Notes: a model not told the origin generated them from the sequence alone. A DNA stretch of 64,000 nt from Myxococcota bacterium (GCA_044344255.1 JBIJDH010000014.1:128001-192000); one strand, 5' to 3'. Counted from the stretch's first letter, positions 30,026 to 40,138 are shown. Numbers and translations: made by a program.

Positions 30026-30843
30026 CCGAACGCCTCGGGCCGAGCGACTACCTCGACGCCGAAGACGCCCCGGGGGCCGAGGAGGCGTCGCGGCAGCTCC
30101 AAGCCGAACACCACGCCCTCTGGCTCGACAGCCTGATCACCCCCGCCCGCCAGCACGGCCTCGTGGCCGGCGCGCGGGTGCTGGAGGTCGGCTGCGGAGA
30201 CGGGCACCTCCTCGCCGAGCTGAGCCGGTGGGTCGGCCCAAGCGGCTGGGTGGTGGGGATCGATCGCGACCCCGCCGCGGTGCTCCAGTCCCGCCGCGCC
30301 CTCGGGAGCCGACCCCAGGCCGGGGTCATCGAGGGGGACCTCTATCGCACCCGCCTCGGCGGCCCGTGGGACCTCGTGCTGGCCCGCGGCGTGATGGCCG
30401 AGCTGCCCACCCCGGAGCTCGGCCTGCAGCGGCTCATCGGCGGGCTCGCGCGGGGCGGGCGCCTCATCCTCCAGGATCAGCTCCACGAGGGCATGCGCGT
30501 CTTCCCCGACGAGCCGGCCGTTGACCGCGCGGTCGCCGCCCTCCGCACGCTCGAGCGGTCTCGACGGCGCGACCTCTTCGCCGGCGGGCGCCTGCCCGGC
30601 CTCGCCGCCGCCGCCGGTCTCACGGTGGAGGTTGTCGCCCCTCGTCAGCTCTCCGGGGGCCCGGGCACCGCGGTCTGGGCACAGGTCGGGCGGCTGCTGT
30701 TCAGTCAGGCCGCCCAGCTCCAGCCCCTCCTCAGCGCCAGCGAGTGGGCCGAGCTCGTGGAGGCCTGGGCCTGGCTCGGCCGATCGCCGACGGCCCGGGT
30801 CTTCACCCCGATCCAGGTCCTGACCATCGCCCGACGGCCCTGA
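30022..30843 (+). CDS. Class I SAM-dependent methyltransferase
   Basis: GTGA overlap with the hslR stop; VLEVGCGDG and VVGID motifs. Confidence 0.8.
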   Translation: MTERLGPSDYLDAEDAPGAEEASRQLQAEHHALWLDSLITPARQHGLVAGARVLEVGCGDGHLLAELSRWVGPSGWVVGIDRDPAAVLQSRRALGSRPQAGVIEGDLYRTRLGGPWDLVLARGVMAELPTPELGLQRLIGGLARGGRLILQDQLHEGMRVFPDEPAVDRAVAALRTLERSRRRDLFAGGRLPGLAAAAGLTVEVVAPRQLSGGPGTAVWAQVGRLLFSQAAQLQPLLSASEWAELVEAWAWLGRSPTARVFTPIQVLTIARRP

Positions 30844-30898
30844 CCCTTCTGCCGCACACCTCGTTCGGGAGGCCCTTCGAGCCTCTGCTGATCGTGGC

Positions 30899-31981
30899 TC
30901 AGTGGCCGCCCACCTGCGCAGCCCGCCCCGAGACCGCCGGGAGCTCCTCCATCGGGGTCAGCCGCTCCGCCCAGCCCGCCTCCCGCCAGACGTTCCGGGG
31001 ATCCCGCGCCTGCCCGCGCAGCAGGACGTTGCGATGCAGCGTGATGTCGAGGTTCGATCCGTCGATGAAGTCGCCCTCCAGCCTCCCCGGGTAGATGAGC
31101 GTGGTGGTGGGGGTCACCCGGCAATTGACGGCCATGCGGTGCCCGTCGGTGTTGTTCGGGAGGGAGCGGTGCATGGTCCGCTCATAAAAGACCACGAAGT
31201 CACCCTTCTTCATCCGCATCGTCGCCAGCGAGGAGGGCCGCGCGTCAAAGGGCAGCGTCACCGCGGCGCGGCGCGCGTCCATCCAGCGGTACACGTGGTC
31301 CTTCATCTGGCGCATCGACCAGCCCGACCAGTCGACCCCGGCGAAGACATCGCGGGTGTCGATGTCGAGGATGAGGTCTCGGTCTACCGCGGACCGCACC
31401 ACCGCCTCCGGGGTCTCGAGCCCGATGAAGGGCTCGTGGAAGAAGCCCGAGCCGGTCATCGGGACGAACTCGATCGGGAAGCGGGTGTGGTGCGATCCCC
31501 GCACGAACTGGAGGGGCCCGTTGTTCCAGGTCATGTCGTCGAGGGCGAACCACACGCTGATGTTCCACGGATCGAGCTCGGTGCCCACCGGGCGGAGGCT
31601 CGGCTTGTCGTTTCCGATCTCCTCCCCGTTGAAACGGCCCCACTCCTGGTGCCAGCCCACCTCGAGGTCACGCGGCCGCTTGTGGAAGATCTTGGTGCGC
31701 CAGAGCGCGAGATCGGGCCCCATGAGCTGCTCGAGGAGGTCCGCGAGCGCGGGGTGGCTCATCAGGCTGTCCACCTCGGGCGAGAGGAGGTGCCAGTCCC
31801 GCACGCTGAAGCGCTCGTACAGGGGGTGGATGGGCTTCCGCTGGACCACGTCGAAGAGCACCTCTCGGACACGATCAACCTCGGTCGGGGAGAGGTAGCT
31901 CGGCACGGGGCCAACAAAGCCGTCCCGCTCCAACAGCATCTTCGGGCTCAGGTCGCCCTGGGCTTCGCGCTCGACTTCCAT
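30899..31981 (-). CDS. Fe(II)/2-oxoglutarate oxygenase (PhyH superfamily, SyrB2-like)
   Basis: DGFVGP, LWRTKIFHK, WHQE, SVWFAL, NGPLQFVRGSH, GDFVVF..TMH.S.PN and RMAVNCR; AGGGGAG RBS. Confidence 0.85.
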   Translation of the reverse strand: MEVEREAQGDLSPKMLLERDGFVGPVPSYLSPTEVDRVREVLFDVVQRKPIHPLYERFSVRDWHLLSPEVDSLMSHPALADLLEQLMGPDLALWRTKIFHKRPRDLEVGWHQEWGRFNGEEIGNDKPSLRPVGTELDPWNISVWFALDDMTWNNGPLQFVRGSHHTRFPIEFVPMTGSGFFHEPFIGLETPEAVVRSAVDRDLILDIDTRDVFAGVDWSGWSMRQMKDHVYRWMDARRAAVTLPFDARPSSLATMRMKKGDFVVFYERTMHRSLPNNTDGHRMAVNCRVTPTTTLIYPGRLEGDFIDGSNLDITLHRNVLLRGQARDPRNVWREAGWAERLTPMEELPAVSGRAAQVGGH

Positions 31982-32116
31982 CTCGGTCTGCTCCCCTCCC
32001 GGCCCTGGGCTGGGCTCCCCCGGGTGGCCGTGAAGCTCGGAGCTTAGCCCGAGGCGGAGCGCCGCCCAGCGGCCGGCGGTCCGGTGAAGGTCAGATGTCG
32101 GAGCCGCTCTGTTTAC

Positions 32117-34558
32117 TCAGGGGCAAGCCGGGTTCAGGAGCCCTGGTGTGCCGAGCTGAACCCCGCCGTCCTCGTAGCTGCCCGCGCCATCGGCGACACA
32201 CCAGGCCGCCGGATCGTCGTTCTCGCCGGCGGTGGACCGGCCTCCGTCGAGGGAGCCCGAGGCGCCGAGGTCAAAGATCGGCCAATCTCCGTCCACTTGG
32301 AGCTGGTCGACCAGCAGCTCCCCCCGGTCGGGGTCGGGGACCGAGAGGTAGAGTGAACCTCCGACGACGGCCTCGGGCAGCCTGAAGCTGGGATTCCACC
32401 CCGGGCAGTCGATCGTGGAGCTCTCGAAGACCGCGAGCCCCCCATCCACCCCCCACCAGAGGTCGCAGGCCCCCTCCGACCAGGCGGTGCCCCCCTCGCA
32501 GAGGAGGAGCGTCTCCCCGACGCCGACCACGAGGCCGGCGTCCGGGGAGACGCAGAGCTCCTCGTGCACCGCCCCTCCGTCGTCCAGCGTGATCCGCCAC
32601 CCATCGAGGACCAGCGCGCGCCCGGAGACGTTCAGGAGCTCCACCCAGGGGCTGCCCCCATCGACGGGGCTCGGGAGCAGCTCCGACCAGATGAGCTCAC
32701 CCCCAACAACGAGGCCCTCGTCGATGAGGCCGTCGCAGTCGTCATCTTCGCCGTCGAGATCGTCATCTCCGGCCCCCGCGACGCCGTCGCGCAGGCTGGC
32801 GTAGGCGTCGTCGCAGTCGGCGCCCAGGGCCACGGGGTAGGCCGCGCTGGACGCGCAGGCGCAGCGGGGAGGACCGGCGCCGAGCCCGTCGCCGTCTGCG
32901 TCGGCGAAGAAGTCCGTACAGGAGAGGGCCCCCTCCTCGTCGGTGGCGCCGTCGCAGTCGTCATCCCCCGCCGTGGCGCAGTCCTCGAGGGCGCCGGGGT
33001 GGACCGCGCCGTCGCCGTCTGCGCAGTCGCCGTCCACCGCGGCGGTGAAAGCGGCCAGCCCGGCGCAACGGCACTCGCTCGCCCCGCCGCCGAACCCGTC
33101 CCCGTCCCCGTCCTCGTAGCGGGTGGTGCAGCCCGCCGCGCCGACCTCGTTGTCATCCCCGTCGCAGTCGTCGTCCTCGACGGTGTCGCAGCGCTCGGTG
33201 GCGGCGGGCGAGACCGCAGAGGAGGCGTCGTCGCAGTCCCCGGTGAGCCAGCCCGGGCTGACCTCGTCCTCGTAGCCAAGGCCGACATAACCATCGCCGT
33301 CGGCGTCGAAGTCGTTGTCGGCGCCGCAGTCCTGATCGGTGCCGTCGTAGGGGGCGTCCGTTGCGCCGGAGTGGACAGAGGCCGCGGGGATCAAGGCTGG
33401 GTTGGCGACCTCACCGCCGCAGCTCGCGGCGCACCACTCGGCCTGCGACTCGGTCGAGGGGGACCGGCATTGGTCCGGACAGTCGATACAGTCCCGACCA
33501 TAGACCGGGCTCCCGCCGCTGGCGTCTGGCCAGGCGGCCGAGGCCTCCCCATCCCCATCCCAGTCGAAGTCGGTGTGACCGTCACAGTCCTGATCGATGC
33601 CATCGTAGGGCCGATCTTCGACGGGCGCGGCCTCCGTCGAGGGGTGGACGGCGGCGGCGGCGAGGTCTGCCAGCCCGTTCTCGGCGGCCAGCGTGCCGCT
33701 GTCGGCGCAGTCGTCCGCACGGACACCCTCGGGGAGGACCGCGTCGGGGAGCAGCTCCGCGTAGCCGAGGAGCCAGGCCCCGTCCCCGTCGGCGTCGCCG
33801 TCGCCGGTGCCAGGTTCGCAGTCGTCATCCACCCCGTTGTAATAGACCTCCTCGGCCGGGAGCGCCGGATCTTCATCGAAGCAGTCCGCGCCCGGACAGA
33901 CCCCCTGCCCAGAGCCCTCCCCGTCGCCGTCCTGGTCACAGTCCTCGCCGTCACAGTCCTGGTCGATCCCGTCATACCAACGCTCGACCCCCGCCGGAGA
34001 GGAGGTCGGGTCGGCGTCGTCGCAGTCCTCCCCCGCGCCGCCGTCTCGCTGGACCCGGTCGGCCGCGTCGTAGCCGTCTCCGTCCTGGTCGAAGTCGCTG
34101 TCGCCCGCGCAGTCCTGGTCGACGCTGTCGTACCAGCGCTCGGACGCCCCCGGGCTCACCGCATCCGCCGTCAGCGTATCGAAGCCGGGCAGGACCTGGA
34201 CGTCACCGGGGGTCGCGCTCGGATCGTCCCAGCAGTCTCCGGCTGGGAGCGCGCCGCTGCCCTCGAGGCCGACCGTGGCCAGCCCCACCCAGGCCTCGGG
34301 CACGTAGCCGTCCGCGTCCGCGTCGTAGTCATCGTCGAAGCCACAGTCCTGGTCGAAGCCGTCGTACCAGACCTCACGCGCGCCGGGCTGGATGTCGGCC
34401 CCCTCGAGGCCCGAGCCCGGGGGCCCCTCCGCCCGATCCCAGCAGTCGCCGTCCGCCACCGACACACCGTCGCCGTCGGCGTCCAGGCCCTTACCGCCCA
34501 CCCAGGAGCAGGCGGCGAGGAGGAGGGCGGCGACACAGGCGGCGCGAGGAGGGACCAT
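32117..34558 (-). CDS. Lipoprotein with putative metal-binding (Cu-binding_MopE-type) repeats and a C-terminal lamin-tail-like domain
   Basis: Lipobox LLAAC; repeated DCxD...PGA.E.WYDGxDQDC units; C-terminal IWSELL...PWVELLN...WC...GTPG.LN..C. Confidence 0.85.
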   Translation of the reverse strand: MVPPRAACVAALLLAACSWVGGKGLDADGDGVSVADGDCWDRAEGPPGSGLEGADIQPGAREVWYDGFDQDCGFDDDYDADADGYVPEAWVGLATVGLEGSGALPAGDCWDDPSATPGDVQVLPGFDTLTADAVSPGASERWYDSVDQDCAGDSDFDQDGDGYDAADRVQRDGGAGEDCDDADPTSSPAGVERWYDGIDQDCDGEDCDQDGDGEGSGQGVCPGADCFDEDPALPAEEVYYNGVDDDCEPGTGDGDADGDGAWLLGYAELLPDAVLPEGVRADDCADSGTLAAENGLADLAAAAVHPSTEAAPVEDRPYDGIDQDCDGHTDFDWDGDGEASAAWPDASGGSPVYGRDCIDCPDQCRSPSTESQAEWCAASCGGEVANPALIPAASVHSGATDAPYDGTDQDCGADNDFDADGDGYVGLGYEDEVSPGWLTGDCDDASSAVSPAATERCDTVEDDDCDGDDNEVGAAGCTTRYEDGDGDGFGGGASECRCAGLAAFTAAVDGDCADGDGAVHPGALEDCATAGDDDCDGATDEEGALSCTDFFADADGDGLGAGPPRCACASSAAYPVALGADCDDAYASLRDGVAGAGDDDLDGEDDDCDGLIDEGLVVGGELIWSELLPSPVDGGSPWVELLNVSGRALVLDGWRITLDDGGAVHEELCVSPDAGLVVGVGETLLLCEGGTAWSEGACDLWWGVDGGLAVFESSTIDCPGWNPSFRLPEAVVGGSLYLSVPDPDRGELLVDQLQVDGDWPIFDLGASGSLDGGRSTAGENDDPAAWCVADGAGSYEDGGVQLGTPGLLNPACP

Positions 34559-34584
34559 CCGCAGAGGATACCCCTCGCGGCCGC

Positions 34585-37500
34585 TCAGAGCGCGCAGTCG
34601 TTGGTGGCGTTCGGCGTGCCGTCCTGGCTGGAGGTGTCGGTGTAGCTGTGGGCGCCCGAGGCGTCACACCAGTAGGCCGCGCTGTTGTTGGCCGTCTGCG
34701 GGGCCGCGCCCCCGAGCGCCGCCGTGCCAAACTCGAGTGACTTGCCGGCCGGGATAGCCCAGGCGGGGGTGGCCGCTGGGTTGACCGTGACGACGTCGAT
34801 CGCGGTCCCGTTCAGCCGCACCGAGATCGTGTTGTACTCCCCGCCGGACAGGCTGCTCGAGAGCACCCACCCGAGGTCAAAGGCGTCCTGATCGACACCC
34901 GAGATGTCGAAGGGGTTCAGCCCGTCGTCCTCGGCGAGGTAGTAGTCACAGACCGCGGCGGTGGCCCAGCTGCTGCCGGCCTCGCAGAGCAGCGCCGTCC
35001 CGCCAGCGGGCACGACGATGTCAGCGTCCGGCGAGATCCAGATCTGCCCCGGCGTCGAGGCCGAGGTGCCGTTGTAGTAGGTGAGCTTCATCTCCCAGCC
35101 GGTGAGGTGGATGTCGAAGGCCTCGGTGTTGGCGAGCTCGATCCACTGCACGCCCGCGCCCTGCGGATCCATCATCAGCTCGTTGACGAGGATCGAGCCG
35201 CCGCCCATCGCGTCCTCGTCGATGTAGCCGTTGCAGTCGTCGTCCACGCCGTCCGTGTCGGCGTCGGTGCCGCCGGCGGTGCCGGTGCGGGCCGAGTAGC
35301 TGGCGTCGTTGCAGTCAAGCGCCGTGTAGCTCGAGGTGAGCGCGTAGCCGGCGCCCGGGCTGGTGCAGGCGGTGGTGGGGCTCGCGTAGTAGTCGTCGGC
35401 GTCGGCGTCGAGGGCGTAGCTGTCTCCGACCGTCACCCCGCTCGAGGCGTCGTTACAGTCCGAGCCCGCCGTCGCGCCCGAGGTCGGGCTGATCGAGCCG
35501 TAGCCGTCATTGTCCACGTCCTGCATGCAGGCGCTGGAGGACTCGATCTGCGCCGCGCCCGGGAAGATGTAGACGGCGTTGGTGCCCGTGTCGACACAGT
35601 CGGTGCTGAGCGCCGAGTAGCCCGAGGGCATCGAGCAGTAGAGCGTGGCCGTGCCCTTGCCGTAGGTGTCGCCGTCGGCGTCCACGTAGTAGCTCGTGCC
35701 GCCCGTCGCGCCGGCGTCGTTGGTGCTGCCATCGCAGTCGTCGTCGTAGGCGGTGGCGCAGGTCTCGGTGGCGCTCGGCTTGACGGCCGAGAGGGCGTCG
35801 TCACAGTCGGTGCCCGCGGTGCCGCCGGAGGTGGGGGCGGTCGAGCCGTAGCCGTCTCCGTCCACGTCCTGCATGCAGGCCGAGGCCGAGTCCGTCTCCG
35901 CCGCGCCCGGGAAGATGTAGACGGCGTTCGTGCCCGTGTCCACGCAGTCGGTGCTCACCGCCGAGTAGCCCGTGGGCTTCGAGCAGTAGAGCGTGGCCGA
36001 GCCCTTGCCGTACGCGTCCCCGTCGGCGTCGACGTAGTAGCTGGTGCCGCCCGTGGCGCCGGCGTCGTTGGTGTCACCGTCACAGTCGTCGTCGTAGACG
36101 GTGGCGCAGGTCTCGGTGGCCAACGGCTTCACGCCTGCGAGCGCGTCGTCGCAGTCGGTGCCCGCGGTGACGCCCGAGACGCTGGGCGTCTTGTCGCCGT
36201 AGTTGTCACCGTCCAGGTCCTTCATGCAGGAGGAGGAGGAGTCGGTGGATGCGGCGCCCGGGAAGGTGTAGGCCGCGTAGGTGCCGGTGTCGTCGTCGCA
36301 GTCGGTGCCGACGGTGGCGCCCGTGGTGGGGCTGGTGTCGCCGTAGCCGTCGCCGTCTTTGTCCTGGCGGCAGGACGAGGCGCTCTCGAGCTCGGCGGCG
36401 CCGGGGAAGATGTAGACGGCGTAGGTGCCGGAGTCCACACAGTCCGTCGAGACCGCGGAGAAGCCCGAGGGCATCGTGCAGTACTTGGTGGCCGAGCCTG
36501 CGCCGTAGCCGTCGGCGTCGGCGTCGGCGTAATAGTTCGTGCCATCGGCGACGCCCGCGTCGTTGATGTCGCTGTCGCAGTCGTCATCATAGGCCGTCGA
36601 GCAGACCTCGCTCGCCGCCGTGTTCACGCCGCTCTTGGTGTCGTCGCAGTCGGTGCCGGCGGTGGCGCCCGAGGTGGGGGCGGTCGAGCCGTAGCCGTCT
36701 CCATCGACGTCCTGGCGACAGGAGGAGGTCGACTCCTTCTCGGCCGAACCGGGGAAGATGTACACGGCGCTGGTACCGGAGTCCACACAGTCGGTGGAGA
36801 CCGCAGAGTAGCCGGATGGCATCGTACAGTACTTGGTGGCCGTGCCCTTGCCGTAGGCGTCGCCGTCGGCGTCCACGTAGTAGCTCGTGCCATCGGCGAC
36901 ACCGGCGTCGTTGACGTCGCCGTCACAGTCGTCGTCGTAGGTGGTGGCGCAGACCTCGGCGTCGGCCGGGCTCACGGTGTCCCGGGTGTCGTCGCAGTCC
37001 GTGCCGTTGGTCACGCCCGAGGCGCTCGGCGTCTTGTCGCCGTAGTTGTCGCCGTCCACGTCCTTCATGCAGGAGGAAGAGGAGTCGATCGAGGCGGCGC
37101 CCGGGAAGGTGTAGGCGGAGTAGCTGCCCTTGTCGTCGTCGCAGTCGGTGCCGGCGGTGACGCCAGAGGCCGGCGAGGTGTCGCCGTAGCCGTCGGCGTC
37201 GGCGTCCTGGCGGCAGGAGGAGGCCGACTCGAGCTGCGCGGCGCCGGGGAAGGTGCTGGCGGCGTTCGTGCCGGAGTCGAGGCAGTCCGTGCTGTACAGA
37301 GACCAGGAGGCGCTCGGCGCCGAGCAGTACTTCGTGGCGGTGCCGGCGCCGTAGAGGTCAGCGTCCGCGTCCACGTAGAAGTTGGTGCCATCCGACACGC
37401 CGGCGTCGTTGGTGTCGCCGTCGCAGTCGTCATCGTAGCTGGTGGAGCAGGTCTCGGCGTCGATCGGGCTCACGGTGGCGCGGCTGTCATCACAGTCCGT

Positions 37501-40017
37501 GCCCGCGGTCACTCCGGTCGCGCTCGGGCTCTTGTCGCCGTAGTTGTCGCCGTCGGAGTCCTTCATGCAGGACGTGGCCGACTCGAGCGAGGCGGCGCCG
37601 GGGAAGGTGGCGGCCGCCGTCGAGCTGCTGTCGTCGCAGTCGGTGCCGGTCAGCACCGCAGCGACGCCGAGCCACTGGATGGGGGCGGTGGTCGAGGGCT
37701 TGTCGCAGTAGGCCGTGCCCGCCGAGTAGGTGCTGGAGATGTAATAGTCACCGTCGGCGTCGTAGTAGAAGGTGGTCTTGGTCGCCGCGGTGGCCGAGGT
37801 GTCGTTGTTATCGGCCAGCCCGTCACAGTCTTCGTCGGTGTTCGACGCGTCACAGATCTCGGTGTCCCCCGGGCTGATCGCCGACGAGGTGTCATCACAG
37901 TCGGTGCCCGTGATCTTCACCGCCGAGGTGATCCACAAGGCCGAGGGCGCGTCACAATAGGCGGTGCCCGAGGCGTAGGCCGAGGCGATGTAGTAGTCGC
38001 CGTCCGCGTCGTAGTAGTAGGTGGTCTTCGTCGAGGTGGTCGCCGAGCTGTCGTTGTTGTCGGCGAGGCCGTCGCAGTCTTCGTCGGTGTTGGCGGCGTC
38101 GCAGATCTCGGCGTCCCCGGGGCTGATGGCGGCGTTCGTCTCGTCGCAGTCGTTGCCAGGGAGGGAGCCCGCGGCGAGGCCGGCGTCATCGGCGCCGAAG
38201 TTCGTCTTCTTGCCGGAGTCCGCGGTGGCGACGTAGCCGTCCGCGTCGTCGTCGTAGTCGTCGTTGCCCGAGCAGTTGGAGTCGACGCCGTCGTTGTAGG
38301 TGTCGGTGCGGCCCGGGTTCATCGTCGCGACGTGGTCGTCGCAGTCGTCACCGGGGAGGCTACCGCCGCCCACGCCGCCGCCGTCATCGCCGTAGTCGGT
38401 GGTCTTGCCGACGTCGATCGTGCGGACGTAGGCGTCCTGGTCGGCGTCGTAGTCGTCGAGGTTGTCGCAGTTCTCGTCGATGCCGGTGTAGAAGTCGTCG
38501 GCGGCGCCGGGGTTGATCTTGGGATCGAGGTCGGCGCAGTCGTCGGCCGCGTAGCCGCCGGTCACGTAGGCGGCGTAAGCGTTGGGGACGAAGAGGTCAC
38601 CGTCTGCGTCGTAGTCGTTCAGATCGTCGCAGTTCTCATCGGTGCCGTTGTACGGGGTCTCGAGCGCGTCTGGGTTGACCCCGAGCGCGGAGACGTCGCC
38701 GGGGTTGGCGTCCTCGACGGTACAGGAGGCGTCACAGAGGTCGGCGAGCTCGCCGGTGGCGGAGGCGCAGTCATCGGGGCAGTCGATACAGTCCGTGCCA
38801 AAGCTGCCCGAGCCGTCCACATAATACTCAGAGGGGTGGCCGTCGCCGTCCCAGTCGAAGTCGTCCTCGACCCCGTCGGTGTTCACGTCGAGGCCGGCGC
38901 AGTCCTGGTCGATGGCGTCATAGGGCTGATCGAGGGCGTCGGGGTTGACCTCGAGCGCGGCCAACACCGCGAAGGAGCCCGCCGGCACGATGTTGAAGCC
39001 TGCGGGCGGCGCGGCCTCGTCGTCCCAGCAGTCGAGGTACTCGGCGGGGAGGGTGACCGAGCCGTCGGGGGTGGCGCTCACCCGGTCGAGGTAGTCCACC
39101 GCCCAATAGCCGTCGCGATCGGCGTCACCGTCTTCGTCCGGGTTGCCCTCGGCGTCCGACAGGGAGCAGTTGTCGTCGATGCCGTTGTAGAACTCCTCCT
39201 CTACCGTGAGGTCGGGGAAGGCGGTGCCATCGTTGTCATTACAGTCCTGCGCGGTGGCCACACAGACGCCGAGGCCGAGGCCGTCGACCCCGTAGCTGTC
39301 GCCGTCCTGGTCGCAGTCGTTGCTGTCGCAGTCCTGATCGGTGCCGTCGTACCAGACCTCGGTGGCCGAGGGGTTGACCTCCGCGGCGGCGTTCCCGGCG
39401 ACGTTGACGGCGTCGCGCCAAGAGCCGTCGATGCAGTCATCCCCCTGACCACCCTCGGGCTGGAGGTGGGCGAGGGCGTCGAAGCCGTCGCCGTCCTGGT
39501 CGAAGTCGCTGTTGCCGGCGCAGTCCTGGTCGATACCGTCGTACCAGGTGTCGCCCGCGGTCGGGAAGATCTCGGCCGAGCTGCGGTCGACGTAGGCGCT
39601 GCCGTCCTCGGCGACGTCCTCGGTGTTCGCCGGGACGATGAAGCCGTCGTTGCCCTCGGGGAGGTCGACGCAGTCGCCGCCGCCCAGGTGCTGCCCGCTG
39701 GAGTCGACGCCGAGGGTGGTCTTGCCGACCATGTCCTCGGTGGGGACGTAGCCGTCACCGTCGGCGTCGTAGTCATCCTCGCCGCCGCAGTCCTGATCGA
39801 CGCCGTCGTACCAGGCCTCGCTCGCGCCGAAGAAGATGTCCTTCCCCTTGAGGCCGGAGCCCTCGGGGCCCTCTTCGAAGTCCCAACAGTCGCCCTGGTC
39901 GACCGTCTGCCCGTCGCCGTCTACGTCGACGTAGCTCCACTTCGTCTCGCAGGCGCCGAGCAGCCCCGAGAAGAGGCTGAGCAACGCGGCATGCAAGGCG
40001 GACCTTCGAAGCACCAT
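34585..40017 (-). CDS. Large lipoprotein (1810 aa) with MopE-type Asp/Cys repeats and a C-terminal lamin-tail-like domain
   Basis: ATG 40017 with GGAGGG RBS; lipobox LLGAC; many DxDxDGY/DCDD units; C-terminal ILVNELM...QWIELAN...WC...GTP...NDC. Confidence 0.88.
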   Translation of the reverse strand: MVLRRSALHAALLSLFSGLLGACETKWSYVDVDGDGQTVDQGDCWDFEEGPEGSGLKGKDIFFGASEAWYDGVDQDCGGEDDYDADGDGYVPTEDMVGKTTLGVDSSGQHLGGGDCVDLPEGNDGFIVPANTEDVAEDGSAYVDRSSAEIFPTAGDTWYDGIDQDCAGNSDFDQDGDGFDALAHLQPEGGQGDDCIDGSWRDAVNVAGNAAAEVNPSATEVWYDGTDQDCDSNDCDQDGDSYGVDGLGLGVCVATAQDCNDNDGTAFPDLTVEEEFYNGIDDNCSLSDAEGNPDEDGDADRDGYWAVDYLDRVSATPDGSVTLPAEYLDCWDDEAAPPAGFNIVPAGSFAVLAALEVNPDALDQPYDAIDQDCAGLDVNTDGVEDDFDWDGDGHPSEYYVDGSGSFGTDCIDCPDDCASATGELADLCDASCTVEDANPGDVSALGVNPDALETPYNGTDENCDDLNDYDADGDLFVPNAYAAYVTGGYAADDCADLDPKINPGAADDFYTGIDENCDNLDDYDADQDAYVRTIDVGKTTDYGDDGGGVGGGSLPGDDCDDHVATMNPGRTDTYNDGVDSNCSGNDDYDDDADGYVATADSGKKTNFGADDAGLAAGSLPGNDCDETNAAISPGDAEICDAANTDEDCDGLADNNDSSATTSTKTTYYYDADGDYYIASAYASGTAYCDAPSALWITSAVKITGTDCDDTSSAISPGDTEICDASNTDEDCDGLADNNDTSATAATKTTFYYDADGDYYISSTYSAGTAYCDKPSTTAPIQWLGVAAVLTGTDCDDSSSTAAATFPGAASLESATSCMKDSDGDNYGDKSPSATGVTAGTDCDDSRATVSPIDAETCSTSYDDDCDGDTNDAGVSDGTNFYVDADADLYGAGTATKYCSAPSASWSLYSTDCLDSGTNAASTFPGAAQLESASSCRQDADADGYGDTSPASGVTAGTDCDDDKGSYSAYTFPGAASIDSSSSCMKDVDGDNYGDKTPSASGVTNGTDCDDTRDTVSPADAEVCATTYDDDCDGDVNDAGVADGTSYYVDADGDAYGKGTATKYCTMPSGYSAVSTDCVDSGTSAVYIFPGSAEKESTSSCRQDVDGDGYGSTAPTSGATAGTDCDDTKSGVNTAASEVCSTAYDDDCDSDINDAGVADGTNYYADADADGYGAGSATKYCTMPSGFSAVSTDCVDSGTYAVYIFPGAAELESASSCRQDKDGDGYGDTSPTTGATVGTDCDDDTGTYAAYTFPGAASTDSSSSCMKDLDGDNYGDKTPSVSGVTAGTDCDDALAGVKPLATETCATVYDDDCDGDTNDAGATGGTSYYVDADGDAYGKGSATLYCSKPTGYSAVSTDCVDTGTNAVYIFPGAAETDSASACMQDVDGDGYGSTAPTSGGTAGTDCDDALSAVKPSATETCATAYDDDCDGSTNDAGATGGTSYYVDADGDTYGKGTATLYCSMPSGYSALSTDCVDTGTNAVYIFPGAAQIESSSACMQDVDNDGYGSISPTSGATAGSDCNDASSGVTVGDSYALDADADDYYASPTTACTSPGAGYALTSSYTALDCNDASYSARTGTAGGTDADTDGVDDDCNGYIDEDAMGGGSILVNELMMDPQGAGVQWIELANTEAFDIHLTGWEMKLTYYNGTSASTPGQIWISPDADIVVPAGGTALLCEAGSSWATAAVCDYYLAEDDGLNPFDISGVDQDAFDLGWVLSSSLSGGEYNTISVRLNGTAIDVVTVNPAATPAWAIPAGKSLEFGTAALGGAAPQTANNSAAYWCDASGAHSYTDTSSQDGTPNATNDCAL
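35450..37610 (-). repeat. Intragenic higher-order repeat array
   Basis: Five E-[TV]-C-xxx-YDDDCD units start at 37455, 36957, 36609, 36114 and 35766 (spacings 498, 348, 495, 348 nt), interleaved with eight FPG[AS]A...C..D.D.D.YG units. Confidence 0.85.
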
Positions 40018-40138
40018 GGACCCCTCCGAAAGAACCTCCCCGGAGGACGAGGTTCCACGGTGCGAGGGTAGCCCAGCGCCCCCATCGGGAGCAAGGGTGG
40101 TGTTCGGAAAGGCGGATGACCCGAGGCCGCCGCGTCGG

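Noticed and set aside
30899..31981. Calling this gene a halogenase
   Set aside because: The facial triad is H-Q-E, not H-x-A/G, so the halide site is occupied by a carboxylate.
35107..40071. 1654-aa + strand Val/Ala/Gly-rich ORF
   Set aside because: Antisense reading of the Asp/Thr-rich repeat lipoprotein (GAC reads as GTC); no independent coding signal.
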